A stretch of 64,000 nucleotides of DNA from the NCBI GenBank assembly GCA_963821525.1, contig CAWGED010000014.1, positions 1 through 64,000 on the forward strand. The letters run 5' to 3'. Below are positions 18,923 through 30,902 of this stretch, in pieces. This stretch comes from an uncultured Gemmatimonadales bacterium (GTDB lineage: Bacteria; Gemmatimonadota; Gemmatimonadetes; Gemmatimonadales; GWC2-71-9). A model generated the notes under the pieces. It was not told the DNA's origin. It saw only the letters and a program-made list of their open reading frames with translations, and made no database searches. Every line of letters begins with the position of its first letter. Within the stretch, counting starts at the first letter, position 1. The position numbers were made by a program, and so were the translations under genes.

Positions 18923-19795
18923 TCATGCCGTGGCGTTGCCCCGGGTTGCTGCATTGACCCGGGCTTGCCACTTCACGTAAGGGAAGGAAACGATCGCGCC
19001 GAGGATCAGGTGATACACGATCACGATCTGGGCGGCTTGCTGATCGGGGAAGTTAAGTGCTGCGATGGCCATCGCTACCCCCGGATGCCGGGTCGCGGTG
19101 GCCAGCGCGAGGACTCTCCGGTTGTGGGGATCGGGGCCACCCAGCAGGTGGCCAACCGTCAGCCCCACGACCGTGAACATCACCAGCGCGATGATGACTC
19201 CCCTGCCCACCAGGCCCCAGATCGTGTGGCGGGAGAGATAGAGGATGGGCAGGAAGGCGAGAATCAAGAGCGCCAGCGAGAACTTGTTGATGGGGTCAGC
19301 GATTCTCGCGGCGAGATTGGGCGCCTTTGCGCGGACGGCATACCCAAGGACGAGCGGAACCACCACCGATACCAGCACCGTCTGGGCAACCTGCATCGGG
19401 GAGACCGTCCACCCCGCGTGCTTGATCCGGTCCACGATCAGGATGCTGAGCGGCGCGATGACGATGGAAAGCAGGGCGCTGGCCGCGAGCAGACCTATGG
19501 AATACTCGGGTGATCCTCCCGACTTCTCCTGCTGGAAGGGCAGGATGGGAGGAACCGGGGATACCGCAAGGGTCCCGAGCGCGATCTTGATCGGGACCGG
19601 CATGTTTACGCTCAACCCGACTTCGATAACCAGCGCCAGCATGATGATGTTCATGGCGAGCACCGACCGCAGCAACAGGCGCTCGTGGCGGAACAGATAT
19701 AGCACGCTGCCCGGCGTCATCTTCAACCCGAGGGCGAAGACGACCAGGAACATGCTCCCGACGATGGCGAGTTTGATCAGCAGGGCGGGGTTCAT
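18923..19795 (-). CDS. Bile acid:sodium symporter (BASS) family transporter
   Basis: Multiple TMs; SPVPPILP; GHLLGGP..RRVLALATATRHPGVA. Confidence 0.85.
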   Translation of the reverse strand: MNPALLIKLAIVGSMFLVVFALGLKMTPGSVLYLFRHERLLLRSVLAMNIIMLALVIEVGLSVNMPVPIKIALGTLAVSPVPPILPFQQEKSGGSPEYSIGLLAASALLSIVIAPLSILIVDRIKHAGWTVSPMQVAQTVLVSVVVPLVLGYAVRAKAPNLAARIADPINKFSLALLILAFLPILYLSRHTIWGLVGRGVIIALVMFTVVGLTVGHLLGGPDPHNRRVLALATATRHPGVAMAIAALNFPDQQAAQIVIVYHLILGAIVSFPYVKWQARVNAATRGNATA

Positions 19796-19853
19796 GGCCT
19801 GGGCCCGTCCGAAAAGGGTACCGGGCGGCAATGTGGCCACCGCCCCGCCCTGA

Positions 19854-20885
19854 TCAGGTAAAGTGAATCTCGGAGTCGCTAACCCTGCGATCGGTGCTGA
19901 TGGATCTGATCCCGCTGACTCGCCGCTGAGGCCCAGACACCCTGCCGAAGACCCGCTTCCAGTCGTCCCGCATGCTCACCACCGTCCATCCCTTGGCACT
20001 GGCCTCCCCCAGCAACCGCTCGGCGCCGCTGGTATAGGCGAATTCGCGCTCCTTGTCGTCGTGGTGTAGCAGAAGCCGCATCGCCGGGCAGTCGCCGCCG
20101 CCGGCGAATTGCAGCATCGGGAGATCGCCGTTCGAATTGCCGAAGGCGAGGATGGGCCGCCGTCCGATCCGGCTCCAGATCCGGACCGGCTTGACCGGTC
20201 CGTCATCGAAAACGTCCGGCACTGCCTGATACACCAGCATCCCGCAACGGTCGTTCGCTTGATATGACAGTGCGGCGGAGCTGCCTACGACGCGTTCGCC
20301 GGGAATGCCGTAAACCTGCCGGGTGATCAGGCGCATGAAGTCCCGGTCGCCGCCCGAGACGATGAACGTGCTGAATCCGTGGGACTCGAGGTAGCGGAGC
20401 AACTCGATCATCGGCCGGTAGCTGCAGTCGGTGAATCGGCGATGAAGAGTCGGATTGTCGGCGTCATGGAGATACTTCCCCGCTTCCTCCTGGTAGGTCT
20501 CCATCGTCATCCCCGCGAACGATTTGAGGATGCCGCCGAGGAGCATCTTCGCGTCCGAATCGTCTCCGTGATAGTGCTTGTCCACTACCGTCCCCAGCCA
20601 GGCGTAGTCCTTCTCCTTCGCGGCCTTCCATGGCTGCTGCTCCGCGAGCGAGGGATCCCCCCGTGCCACGGTCGCCATCTGCTCCATGATGAAGCCGAGT
20701 TCCACCGGCATGGGCTTTTCGCACCAGAGGGTGCCGTCGTTATCGAAGACGGCAATGCGCGCCTCTGCCGGAACAAACTCCGGTCCGCCGCGCCTCGTCA
20801 CCCGGGCAACGAAGTCGGTGATGGCGGCCTTGCTGGCACCGTCATTCCAGGAGGGGAGGGGTTCGGTCGGCTTCGCCAGCTTCAT
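19854..20885 (-). CDS. HAD-family hydrolase (NapD-like phosphatase)
   Basis: LPSWNDG, FDNDGTLWCEKP, IVSGG, AFGNSNGD, WTVVSMRDDW. Confidence 0.9.
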   Translation of the reverse strand: MKLAKPTEPLPSWNDGASKAAITDFVARVTRRGGPEFVPAEARIAVFDNDGTLWCEKPMPVELGFIMEQMATVARGDPSLAEQQPWKAAKEKDYAWLGTVVDKHYHGDDSDAKMLLGGILKSFAGMTMETYQEEAGKYLHDADNPTLHRRFTDCSYRPMIELLRYLESHGFSTFIVSGGDRDFMRLITRQVYGIPGERVVGSSAALSYQANDRCGMLVYQAVPDVFDDGPVKPVRIWSRIGRRPILAFGNSNGDLPMLQFAGGGDCPAMRLLLHHDDKEREFAYTSGAERLLGEASAKGWTVVSMRDDWKRVFGRVSGPQRRVSGIRSISTDRRVSDSEIHFT

Positions 20886-21311
20886 GACGTCGTCCTTCTG
20901 CTCACCACGGTCCAACCCTTGGCCAATTGCCGCATCCCCGTAGGCGGACTCTCACGCGGTGTCATCGTGACGGACCAGCAAGGCGAATCAGGTCGAACCA
21001 GGAAGGGCCTCTGTATCACGTGCCTGCATACCGTTTTAGGGTTGGCAGAGGAGGGGCGCAAGTTGCCTTTTGGGGAAGGACGAGGATCGTCGATCGGCCT
21101 AGATCTCGTGGGCTAATCCGGAGTGTGACGGAGTGCGGGTATTACGGAAATACTTCTCAATCTCCCGCTCCAGGAAATAGTTGAGGAAGATCCGGATCAC
21201 CGCTTCGAACTCGAGACGTGTGGGCGGGCTTCGATGCAGAGGCTACAGAATGCAGCCGGGGTGGGTAAGACGGAAGTCTCCCCACCCCGGTGGTACGACG
21301 TCGTCGAGTTG

Positions 21312-21899
21312 CTAGAAGAGACTCTTGACCATTCCGCCGACCTCGGGCCCGGCCACGCTCGAGATGTAGTCGGTGACTTGGGGCACCAATTGGCTGGCCA
21401 CCTCGGGGGTGATGCCGAGTTTACCGAGCGCCGAGTTGACTCCATTGGTGTCTTGGATCGGGGCGTCGGGGCTGACCGCACCCGCGTCTTTAGCCGACTG
21501 GATGTAGTTCTGTGAACCAGGAACCGAGCTCGCCACTTTGTCGAAGTCCGAAGCGGGCAGTTTGTTCTGAGCATACGCCAGAACCACACCCACTCCCGCG
21601 CTGGCCTGGGCCGGAGTCAAACCGAGCGATTTGCTGAGCTGGTCGCTGAGCGCCGCCGGCGCCTCCATCCCTGCCGCCATTGCGGAATCGGCTGCCTTGC
21701 CGGCCATCGCCGAGTCGGCGGGCATGGCTGCCATCGACGTGTCCTTGGCGTTGGGAACCTGGGCAGTCGGTTGCGGTTGGGGTTGAGGTTGGGCAGGCGC
21801 GGTCTGCGGAGTGGGGGATGGCTCGGGCTCCGACTTATGACAGCCGGTGAGCACCAAGCCTCCGAGGAGAAGACATGTATTGAGAGTCGAATAGGTCAT
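21312..21899 (-). CDS. Lipoprotein with a Pro/Gln linker and DUF2780-like domain
   Basis: Lipobox LTGC; LSKSLGLTPAQASAGVG..AQNKL..DF..V...VPG. Confidence 0.75.
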   Translation of the reverse strand: MTYSTLNTCLLLGGLVLTGCHKSEPEPSPTPQTAPAQPQPQPQPTAQVPNAKDTSMAAMPADSAMAGKAADSAMAAGMEAPAALSDQLSKSLGLTPAQASAGVGVVLAYAQNKLPASDFDKVASSVPGSQNYIQSAKDAGAVSPDAPIQDTNGVNSALGKLGITPEVASQLVPQVTDYISSVAGPEVGGMVKSLF

Positions 21900-21978
21900 C
21901 GTGTTGCCTCCCGGCGTCGGTCCTTCCCGTTCAAGTGAGCATCAAACGCGAGCAGAAATCGGAAGATCTCGAATTGCG

Positions 21979-22000
21979 AAACTGTCACTTCTGACAGTTT
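21979..22000. promoter_or_regulatory. Perfect palindrome AAACTGTCA-N4-TGACAGTTT (putative operator)
   Basis: 9-4-9 palindrome about 80-100 bp upstream of the lipoprotein gene; core repeated at 22496. Confidence 0.65.
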
Positions 22001-22066
22001 GTACCACTTCAACCGCCCTTTGGTGCCATATGCCGGCAAGGCCGCGCGCGCTAATAACCGGCCGAT

Positions 22067-22435
22067 CTACCCACTGGCCAAGGCAGCCCGAATCGCGGGC
22101 GCGAGATCGGTCCCAGCTCGCGACTTGAGGACGTAGCCCCGCGCTCCGGCGTGGGAAGCGTCGAGGACTAAGGCGGGATCGTCGAAAACTGACAGCATGA
22201 CTACCGCACTACACCCTCCGGACGCGGTGATCTTCCGCACAGTCGCTATGCCGCCCTCGCCGGGCATGGCGACGTCGAGGACTACCACATCCGGTTGGAG
22301 CTCGCGGACCAGCTCCATCGCCTCCTCGCCGTCCGAGGCCTCTCCGATCACGGCGAAGTCAGGGCTGAGCAGGCGCCGGACGGCATCGCGCAGCGGGGGA
22401 AAGTCGTCAACCAGCAGCACTCGTGGCGGGGACAT
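22067..22435 (-). CDS. Receiver-only response regulator (NarL-type REC, no HTH)
   Basis: VLLVDD, VLDVAMP, GYVLK, then a stop. Confidence 0.85.
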   Translation of the reverse strand: MSPPRVLLVDDFPPLRDAVRRLLSPDFAVIGEASDGEEAMELVRELQPDVVVLDVAMPGEGGIATVRKITASGGCSAVVMLSVFDDPALVLDASHAGARGYVLKSRAGTDLAPAIRAALASG

Positions 22436-22495
22436 CCGGGATGGGTCCCATGATGGAAGTCCCGCAGACCATACCGGTCGGCGGCGCGCAGGCAA

Positions 22496-22511
22496 CTGTC
22501 AGTAATGACAG
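22496..22511. promoter_or_regulatory. Palindrome CTGTCA-N4-TGACAG (putative operator)
   Basis: Lies between the divergent REC and Omp85-like genes; same core as 21979-22000. Confidence 0.6.
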
Positions 22512-22562
22512 ATCCGCGCGATTCACACCTTGAAGGGCGGTCGCCTCGGCTTATTCTCTCTC

Positions 22563-23781
22563 ATGCGGCCGTCCCGGTGGGCCTTCCTGTTTTCGCCGAT
22601 TCTCATGGCACTCTTGTCCGGCGCGCTCATGGCGCAGGAGCCGGCGGACACCACTGATACGCTTCCCCAGCGCGACCTCATGGATTTATCAGCCGGGTCA
22701 TCAAGGGCAAGCCCAAGCTCGCCGATACGGTGGCCTCGCCTTCGCCCAAGATTGCCTTATCGATTCTTCCGGCCATATCCGCCAGCCCCTCGACCGGCCT
22801 CCTGCTCGGCGTCTCCGGTAACGCGGTGACCCGGTTTGGTCCGGAGCCCGAGACCAGTCTCTCCACCATTTCTGCGTCGGTCAGTTACACCACCAAGAGC
22901 CAATTCAACGTCCTGCTGCGCTCCAACGTGTTCACCGCGGGGCAACCGCTGGAAGTTCGAGGGGGATTGGCGCTACCTCGACACCAACCAGCCGACCTAC
23001 GGCCTGGGTCCGGCTCAACCCAACTCTTTCGAATCGCCGATGGATTTCAATCTGCTGCGCTTCTACGAGACGGTGTACCGGGGAATCGCGAAAAGGTCTC
23101 CTGGTGGGTTTCGGCTATCACATGAACGATTACTTCAACATCGAGGATCACGACGCGAAACCCGGGGTGACGACGCCATTCCTCGACTATAACGGAGGCC
23201 AGACAGTAACTCAGACCCTATCCTCCGGTGTCTCGCTCAATCTCCTCAGCGAAACGCGGGACAATCCGATCAACGCGACGAGGGGGCACTACGCCCGCCT
23301 GAGCCTGCGGATGTTCCCCACCTGGCTGGGGAGCGACGACGATTGGCAGTCGGTCGAGGCCGAGGCGCGGATCTATCCGATGCCCTTCGGCGGACGCAGC
23401 GTGCTCGCGTTTTGGGGGCTGGCCTGGCTCACCTTCGGAAAGCCGCCCTATCTCGATCTTCCGGCGATCGGCTGGGACTACAACAATCGCACCGGTCGAG
23501 CCTATGCCCAGGGGCGCATCCGAAGCAGCGACATGTTCTACGCGGAGGCGGAGTATCGAATGACCCTTTCCCGTGATGGGCTCCTGGGTGCTGTGTCGTT
23601 CCTGAACCTCACTTGGACCACGGATCCTCAGCTCGATCGCTGGGAGTCGCCCGACGCCGGCTGGGGCCTCGGGCTTCGGATCAAGCTGAACAAGCATTCC
23701 CGCAGCAACATCACCATCGACTGGGGGTTCGGGGCCCAGGGAACGGTAGGCATCTTCCTCGGCACCGGCGAAGCGTTCTAG
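22563..23781 (+). CDS. Omp85/BamA-TamA-like outer membrane beta-barrel without POTRA domains; three frameshifts
   Basis: ETRDNPINATRG, GRAYAQGRIR, GLGLRIKLNK..NITIDWGFG, C-terminal GEAF. Confidence 0.8.
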
Positions 23782-23930
23782 ATCTCGAACGCGGCGAGCA
23801 GCAGTGCCAAGAATTTGTAGATGGTGAACCCGAAGGGAATGAGCGAGGTCGCTGTGCGGACCCAGGCCATCAGGGTGCGCTCGTGGGCGAGCCGGGTACG
23901 GTCTACCGCGAGACGGGTAGAGGAGTCCAG
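23778..23930 (-). pseudogene. DUF202 (YidH-like) fragment
   Basis: STRLAVDRTRLAHERTLMAWVRTATSLIPFGFTIYKF; no clear start and truncated C-terminus. Confidence 0.7.
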
Positions 23931-24061
23931 GAAGCCGCGGCCAAATAGTCCTTTGGTGCAGCGGGTCGTGCGTACCACCGCTCTGCGCTTGCGGGCCGAC
24001 TCGTCGGTCCCCAACTTAGCGGGGTCCCGTCGCTCTCCCGCGCTTCTGCCCCGGGTCCGCC

Positions 24062-24907
24062 ATGTCACTGTTTAACCGTGTTCTCGGAGCCCTCGCCGTC
24101 CTCGCGTGCGTGCCGTCCGCGAGTGGACTGCTCGCCCAGGAGGTTCGCAATCACCTCTACGACAAGTGGCAGTTCACTGCGGCGGGAGCCGTGGTGTTCT
24201 TCGGATCCGAGATGCGGATCGACGGCCCCAACGGCAACGGAACCGACATCCAACTCGAAAACGACCTGGGCCTCGCAAAGGAAAAGTTCCAGGGCCGCTT
24301 TGCGGGGCGGTTCCGGATCGGGCACCGGAGCGAGTTGGAGGCCGGCTACCTGTTGGCCCGGCGGAAAGGGGAGAATACCCTCACCCGTGATATCGTCTTT
24401 ACCGACACGACGTACACCGCCGGCCTGGACGTCAAGTCAACCTTCAATGCGGACAACCTCTTCCTGGCCTATCGCTACGCATTCATCGCGAAGGAGAAGA
24501 CCCAGATCGGGGCGGGAATCGGCCTGGGCGCCATTTTCTTCAAGACCAGTATTGAGGCTGTAGCGGGTATAGGAGGAGCCACCGCATCCTATGCAAGGGA
24601 ACGTTCCCTGACCGGACCCACCGGGTCCCTCGGACTGTTCGGCCGCTTCCGTGTCGGCGACGACTGGTATCTCGAATCCGAGGCGCGGGCCATCTGGATC
24701 GGCATCGATCGGTTCGATGCCTATGTCCTCGATGCCAATGCCGCCATCCGCTGGTTCCCCTGGACTTCTTGGGGGTTCGAGGCGGGATACACTTATAACG
24801 GAGTGCGGCTGGACGTGAGCCAGGTAGAGAGCAGACCCAATAGCCTCTCGGGAAGGATCAAGTACCATTTCCAGAACGTCCGCCTGGGGGTCATTTTCAC
24901 GCCGTAG
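24062..24907 (+). CDS. Outer membrane beta-barrel protein
   Basis: Signal peptide, [12 protein letters not shown], amphipathic strands, C-terminal GVIFTP. Confidence 0.75.
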   Translation: MSLFNRVLGALAVLACVPSASGLLAQEVRNHLYDKWQFTAAGAVVFFGSEMRIDGPNGNGTDIQLENDLGLAKEKFQGRFAGRFRIGHRSELEAGYLLARRKGENTLTRDIVFTDTTYTAGLDVKSTFNADNLFLAYRYAFIAKEKTQIGAGIGLGAIFFKTSIEAVAGIGGATASYARERSLTGPTGSLGLFGRFRVGDDWYLESEARAIWIGIDRFDAYVLDANAAIRWFPWTSWGFEAGYTYNGVRLDVSQVESRPNSLSGRIKYHFQNVRLGVIFTP

Positions 24908-24950
24908 CCCAACTCGCCTCAGCCTTCGGTTCTCCGTAGATTCCCGCTCC

Positions 24951-26519
<1,569 letters not shown>

Positions 26520-26605
26520 CCGTTTCATCCGGGCGCTTCCCACCCAGCGGCAGATTGCCCTTGACACTAGCGCAACCTTGGGCTGCTTCATACTTTAGGT
26601 GCTTG

Positions 26606-27586
26606 ATGGGCAGCCTACGCTTTCGTCTCGCTTCCGCGCTCGTCGCCGCCGGCTTCGCCGGGGCACCAGGCCTTGCCGCACAGGCGCCGGTAGACCCGAG
26701 CGCCGTCCCCCGCGCCGTCGCGATGGACCGGAGTGGACAACGCAGCGCGGCGACGGAATTTCTCGGTCACTATCTCGCCACCGCGCCCGAGGACGGCCGA
26801 GCCTGGTTTGAGCTCGGCCGTTTCTATTGGCTGGACAGCCGGAGCTGGCACCTGGCCGGCCACATCGGAGATCCTCCGGGCGGACTCTACCTCGACTTCG
26901 CCGCTACCGCGCTCGATCAGGCCGTCCGTCTCGGCTCCGATTCCGCCCTGGTCTTCCGCGCCCTGGTCGAGATGGGTCGCTCGCTGATCCAGATCGAGGA
27001 TTCGGGGTGGGAGACCACCCGGGCCGGCGCTCCGGTCTCCGGCTACCCCGTGTTGCCCGGCTACGTCTCCGAACTTGGCACCAACCTCGTCAATTCCTGT
27101 CCCACCAACGGGGTCATCGTCACCGGGTCGGACCTGGAGGCTGTGGGGGTGTGGTACGCGGTCCTGGGGAGCGGCCGCCGCACCACCGTGGTCCCGATAC
27201 TGCCCGAGCTCTACGCGGCCGATGCGAACTACCGCCGCGGCATGGCCCAGTCGCTGGGGATCGATCCGGAGACTCCGGTCGTCGGCATGCTTACCGAAGT
27301 CGCCCGGCGGCGTCCGCTCTGCCTCACGCCGGCCGCCGATTCCAGCGTCGCCATGGGAGTGCCTTGGCGTGCGATTCGTCTGGTCCGGGTGGCCGGTCCG
27401 GTGGGTGAGCTGACTCCCGACGGCCTGGCCGTGACCGAGCTTCTGATCGCGGGGCGGGGGAGCGCGGACTCCTGGGCCCAGGAAACCCGCGCGGTATACG
27501 AAGCTGCCGGTCGCAGGAACGCCCTTCTCTGCAGCAGCATCCTCACCCAGCTCGGAGACCGCCCGCGCGACGCCTGCGGTCGGTGA
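26606..27586 (+). CDS. Secreted hypothetical protein (TPR-like N-terminus; DUF2723-C-terminal-like motif)
   Basis: Signal peptide; APEDGRAWFELGRFY; NLVNSCPTNGVIVTGSD..WY. Confidence 0.65.
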   Translation: MGSLRFRLASALVAAGFAGAPGLAAQAPVDPSAVPRAVAMDRSGQRSAATEFLGHYLATAPEDGRAWFELGRFYWLDSRSWHLAGHIGDPPGGLYLDFAATALDQAVRLGSDSALVFRALVEMGRSLIQIEDSGWETTRAGAPVSGYPVLPGYVSELGTNLVNSCPTNGVIVTGSDLEAVGVWYAVLGSGRRTTVVPILPELYAADANYRRGMAQSLGIDPETPVVGMLTEVARRRPLCLTPAADSSVAMGVPWRAIRLVRVAGPVGELTPDGLAVTELLIAGRGSADSWAQETRAVYEAAGRRNALLCSSILTQLGDRPRDACGR

Positions 27587-27602
27587 GCCGCCTCTCCTTT
27601 CC

Positions 27603-29094
27603 GTGAAACGTGTTCTGGTTGCCAATCGGGGCGAAATCGCCCTGAGAATCATCCGCGCCTGCCACGAGGAAGGACTCGAGGCAGTCGCGGTGTTTTCCGA
27701 CGCCGATCGTCTCAGCCCCCACGTTCGGGCGGCCGATCACGCCATTCCGATCGGTCCGCCACTTCCATCCGAGAGTTACCTCCGCATCGACAAACTGCTC
27801 GACGCTGCCCGCGCGAGCGGCTCGGAGGCGGTGCATCCGGGCTACGGATTTCTGGCCGAGCGCCCGGCCTTTGCACAGGCCGTGAGCGAGGCAGGATTGA
27901 TTTTTGTGGGACCGTCGGCCGACGCCATTCGAGCGATGGGAGACAAGACCGAGGCCCGGCGCCGCATGGCCGCGGCCGGAGTTCCCATCGTGCCGGGTAT
28001 GACGGTCGCCGTGAGCGGTGCGGAGGCGGGAAAGGCGGCCCGGGAAATCGGGTTCCCGATTCTCGTCAAAGGCCTCCGCCGGCGGAGGCGGTCGGGGAAT
28101 GCGTGTGGTGCGCGAGCCCGCGGCACTGGAGGGGGCGCTCGAAGCCGCCGCGTCCGAGGCGCTCAAGGCTTTCGGCGACGCGAGTGTCTACCTCGAGAAA
28201 TACGTGGAGCGGCCCCGTCACATCGAAATCCAGGTCCTGGCGGATCACCTTCGCACTGCCCATTTGGGTGAGCGCGAATGCTCGGTGCAGCGCCGTCACC
28301 AGAAGCTGGTCGAAGAGGCGCCTTCTGTCGCGGTGTCCCTGCAGCTGCGAGAACGGATGGGTGCTGCGGCGGTCGCCGCCGCCAAGGCGGTGGGATACCG
28401 CGGTGCCGGAACCTGTGAGTTCCTCCTCGCCCCGGACGGCGCCTTCTATTTCCTCGAGATGAACACCCGGATCCAGGTGGAACATCCGGTGACCGAGCTG
28501 GCCTACGGCGTGGATCTGGTTCGAGAGCAGCTGCGGATCGCCCAGGGTCTCCCGATGCGGCTCCCCGAGAATGAGCTCGTCCCCCGAGGGTGGGCGCTCG
28601 AATGCCGCATTACCAGCGAGGATCCGGCGAACGGCTTCCTGCCTTCAACCGGACGGCTCGAATACCTCCGGCCCCCCGCGGGTCCGGGAGTCCGTTGGGA
28701 CGGCGGGTTCGAGACCGGCAACGATATCACGCTCTTCTACGACTCCCTGCTCGGCAAAATCATCGTGTGGGGCCCCGACCGCGCCGAAGCGATCGACCGG
28801 ATGCGGCGCGCCCTGCAGGAACTGGTCGTCGTCGGGGTCGCGACCAACCAGTCATTCCATCTGCGGCTGCTCGGCGATCGCGCGTTCCTGGAAGGCGACA
28901 TCGACAGCCAGTTCCTCGACCGCCGCACCGATCTCATGCAGCCGCGGGAAGAACCGCCTCAGATGATCGCCCTCGCGGTGGCGGCGGCGCTCGCCGAGGA
29001 AGGAGCTCGGCAGTCGCGGAAGCCCATCCCGGCCGACGGCTCGAGCAACAGCGGAGGCTGGGCCCGGATCGCACGGCTGGAAGGCCTCAGGTGA
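27603..29094 (+). CDS. accC: Biotin carboxylase; frameshift near 28072
   Basis: VLVANRGEIA, HPGYGFLAE, KASAGGGGRGMR, FLEMNTRIQVEHPVTE. Confidence 0.93.
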
Positions 29095-29121
29095 GCTCGG
29101 TCGAGTCGTGCGCGGGAAACG

Positions 29122-30399
29122 GTGAGCATCGCCCGGATCGCCGCCGGAGGTGACGGAGTCGGCAAGCTGAGCGATGGGCGCACGGTGTTCGTCCCTCGCA
29201 CCGCACCGGGAGATCTCGTCGAGCTCAACAACCTTCAGCTTCATGGAAGATTCGCCCGCGCTCGACTTCTCCGAGTCGTGGAGCCGGGTCCAGGCCGAAC
29301 CCAGCCGCGTTGTCCTCACTATGAGCAGGACGAATGCGGCGGCTGCCAGCTCCAGCATCTGACGAACGAACATCAGTTGGCGGCGAAGCGGGCGATTGTC
29401 GGCGACGCGCTGCGCAGGATCGGCCGGCTCGAAGTCGATGACTCCGAGGTCGAGCCTTCGGATCGGGAATGGGGCTATCGCAGCAAGCTCACGCTGGCGG
29501 TCGCCGCGGCGGGTCGGCGGATCGGGTTGCATCGCTACGATCGGCCGGGCGAGCTGTTTGATCTCACCCGCTGCCACATCGCGGCGCCGGCGCTGATGGA
29601 TTTGTGGGAAGAAGTGCGTAGCCATCGTGGCCTCCTGCCTGCGGCCGCCAAGACGGTGGTGCTGCGGCTCGATCGGGAGGGCGGACGCCACCTCCTCGTT
29701 CAGGTCATGGGGCAGCGCGCCTGGAGCGAGGCGCAGGCACTGCACGACCGGCTGGCGGCTCAGGGGAAAGCGGCGACGATCTGGTGGTCACCGGAGGGCG
29801 GCGCCCCTCGCGTGGTAGCCGGGGCGCCGACCGCCTATCCCGCCACCGTCTTCGAACAGGTTCATCCCGGCCTCGGCGACCAGATTCGCCGCTTCGCGGT
29901 GGACCAGCTCGGCGAAATCGCGGACCAGCACGTATGGGATCTTTATGCCGGGATCGGCGAGACCAGCGAGATGCTGACGGCGCGCGGCGCGAAGGTTGAG
30001 AGCGTCGAGGTAGACGGGCGCGCGGTAGCAGCGGCGGAGCGCCGGCACAGTGTGCCCGCCGACAGGGTAGAGCGCCATGTAGGCCGGGCCGAACACCTGG
30101 TTGATCGGCTGCGGAAGCCCGACATGGTGATCACCAATCCGCCCCGCACCGGTATGGACGCCCGCGTCGTGGACGCGATTCGGGCCGCCGGCCCCCGTCG
30201 AGTGGTCTACGTCTCCTGCGATCCCGCCACCCTGGCTCGCGACTTGGCTCGTCTGACCTCCCCGTCCGCCCTGTCCGACTCGTCCGCCTTGTCCGCTCCT
30301 CCCGCCCTCCCGCCTTACCGCCTTACCGCCCTACGTGCCTTCGACCTCTTCCCCCAGACGGCCCATGTCGAGTCGGTGGCCCTGCTGGAGGCGGTATGA
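29122..30399 (+). CDS. rlmD: TrmA/RlmD-family RNA m5U methyltransferase
   Basis: TRAM-like N-terminus, C..Y...CGGCQLQH, DLYAGIG, NPPRTG, YVSCDPATLARD, DLFPQTAHVE. Confidence 0.88.
   Translation: MSIARIAAGGDGVGKLSDGRTVFVPRTAPGDLVELNNLQLHGRFARARLLRVVEPGPGRTQPRCPHYEQDECGGCQLQHLTNEHQLAAKRAIVGDALRRIGRLEVDDSEVEPSDREWGYRSKLTLAVAAAGRRIGLHRYDRPGELFDLTRCHIAAPALMDLWEEVRSHRGLLPAAAKTVVLRLDREGGRHLLVQVMGQRAWSEAQALHDRLAAQGKAATIWWSPEGGAPRVVAGAPTAYPATVFEQVHPGLGDQIRRFAVDQLGEIADQHVWDLYAGIGETSEMLTARGAKVESVEVDGRAVAAAERRHSVPADRVERHVGRAEHLVDRLRKPDMVITNPPRTGMDARVVDAIRAAGPRRVVYVSCDPATLARDLARLTSPSALSDSSALSAPPALPPYRLTALRAFDLFPQTAHVESVALLEAV
30260..30334. repeat. 9/8-mer tandem array (TCCGCCCTG/ACCGCCTT) inside the RlmD CDS
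   Basis: gtccgccct gtccgactc gtccgcctt gtccgctcc tcccgccct cccgcctt accgcctt accgccct. Confidence 0.85.
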
Positions 30400-30902
30400 A
30401 GTACTTCGTCACCCTTGGCGGCCGGACGCTCGAGGTCGTGGTGGATGGCGAGCGGGTGGAGGTGGAAGGGAAGGTCTTCGAGGCGCACCTCTCTCCGATT
30501 CCCGGCACGCCGCTGCGCCATCTCCTGCTGGGCCCGGAGTCCTACACCCTGGCGATGGAGCGGGCGGATAGCGGATGGGCAGCCGCCTTTCGGGGCGAAC
30601 GGCATGTAATGGAGGTGCTCGACGAAAGGACCCGCCACATCCGGAGCCTGACCGGTGAGGGTGCAAAGGCGACCGGCGCGAGTCAGCTCCGGGCTCCGAT
30701 GCCCGGCCTGGTACTCCGTATCCAGGTACAACAGGGACAGGCAGTTGTAGCGGGCCAACCGATCGTGTCCCTGGAAGCGATGAAGATGGAAAACGAGCTG
30801 CGCGCGACCTCGGCAGGGGTGGTCCAGACCATCGCCGTCGAGCCCGGCCAAGTCGTGGAACGAGGGGCGGTTCTGGTGGAATTTGCCGCCCCGGCCACTT
30901 GA
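30396..30902 (+). CDS. Biotin carboxyl carrier protein
   Basis: APMPG, LEAMKMENE. Confidence 0.93.
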   Translation: MKYFVTLGGRTLEVVVDGERVEVEGKVFEAHLSPIPGTPLRHLLLGPESYTLAMERADSGWAAAFRGERHVMEVLDERTRHIRSLTGEGAKATGASQLRAPMPGLVLRIQVQQGQAVVAGQPIVSLEAMKMENELRATSAGVVQTIAVEPGQVVERGAVLVEFAAPAT

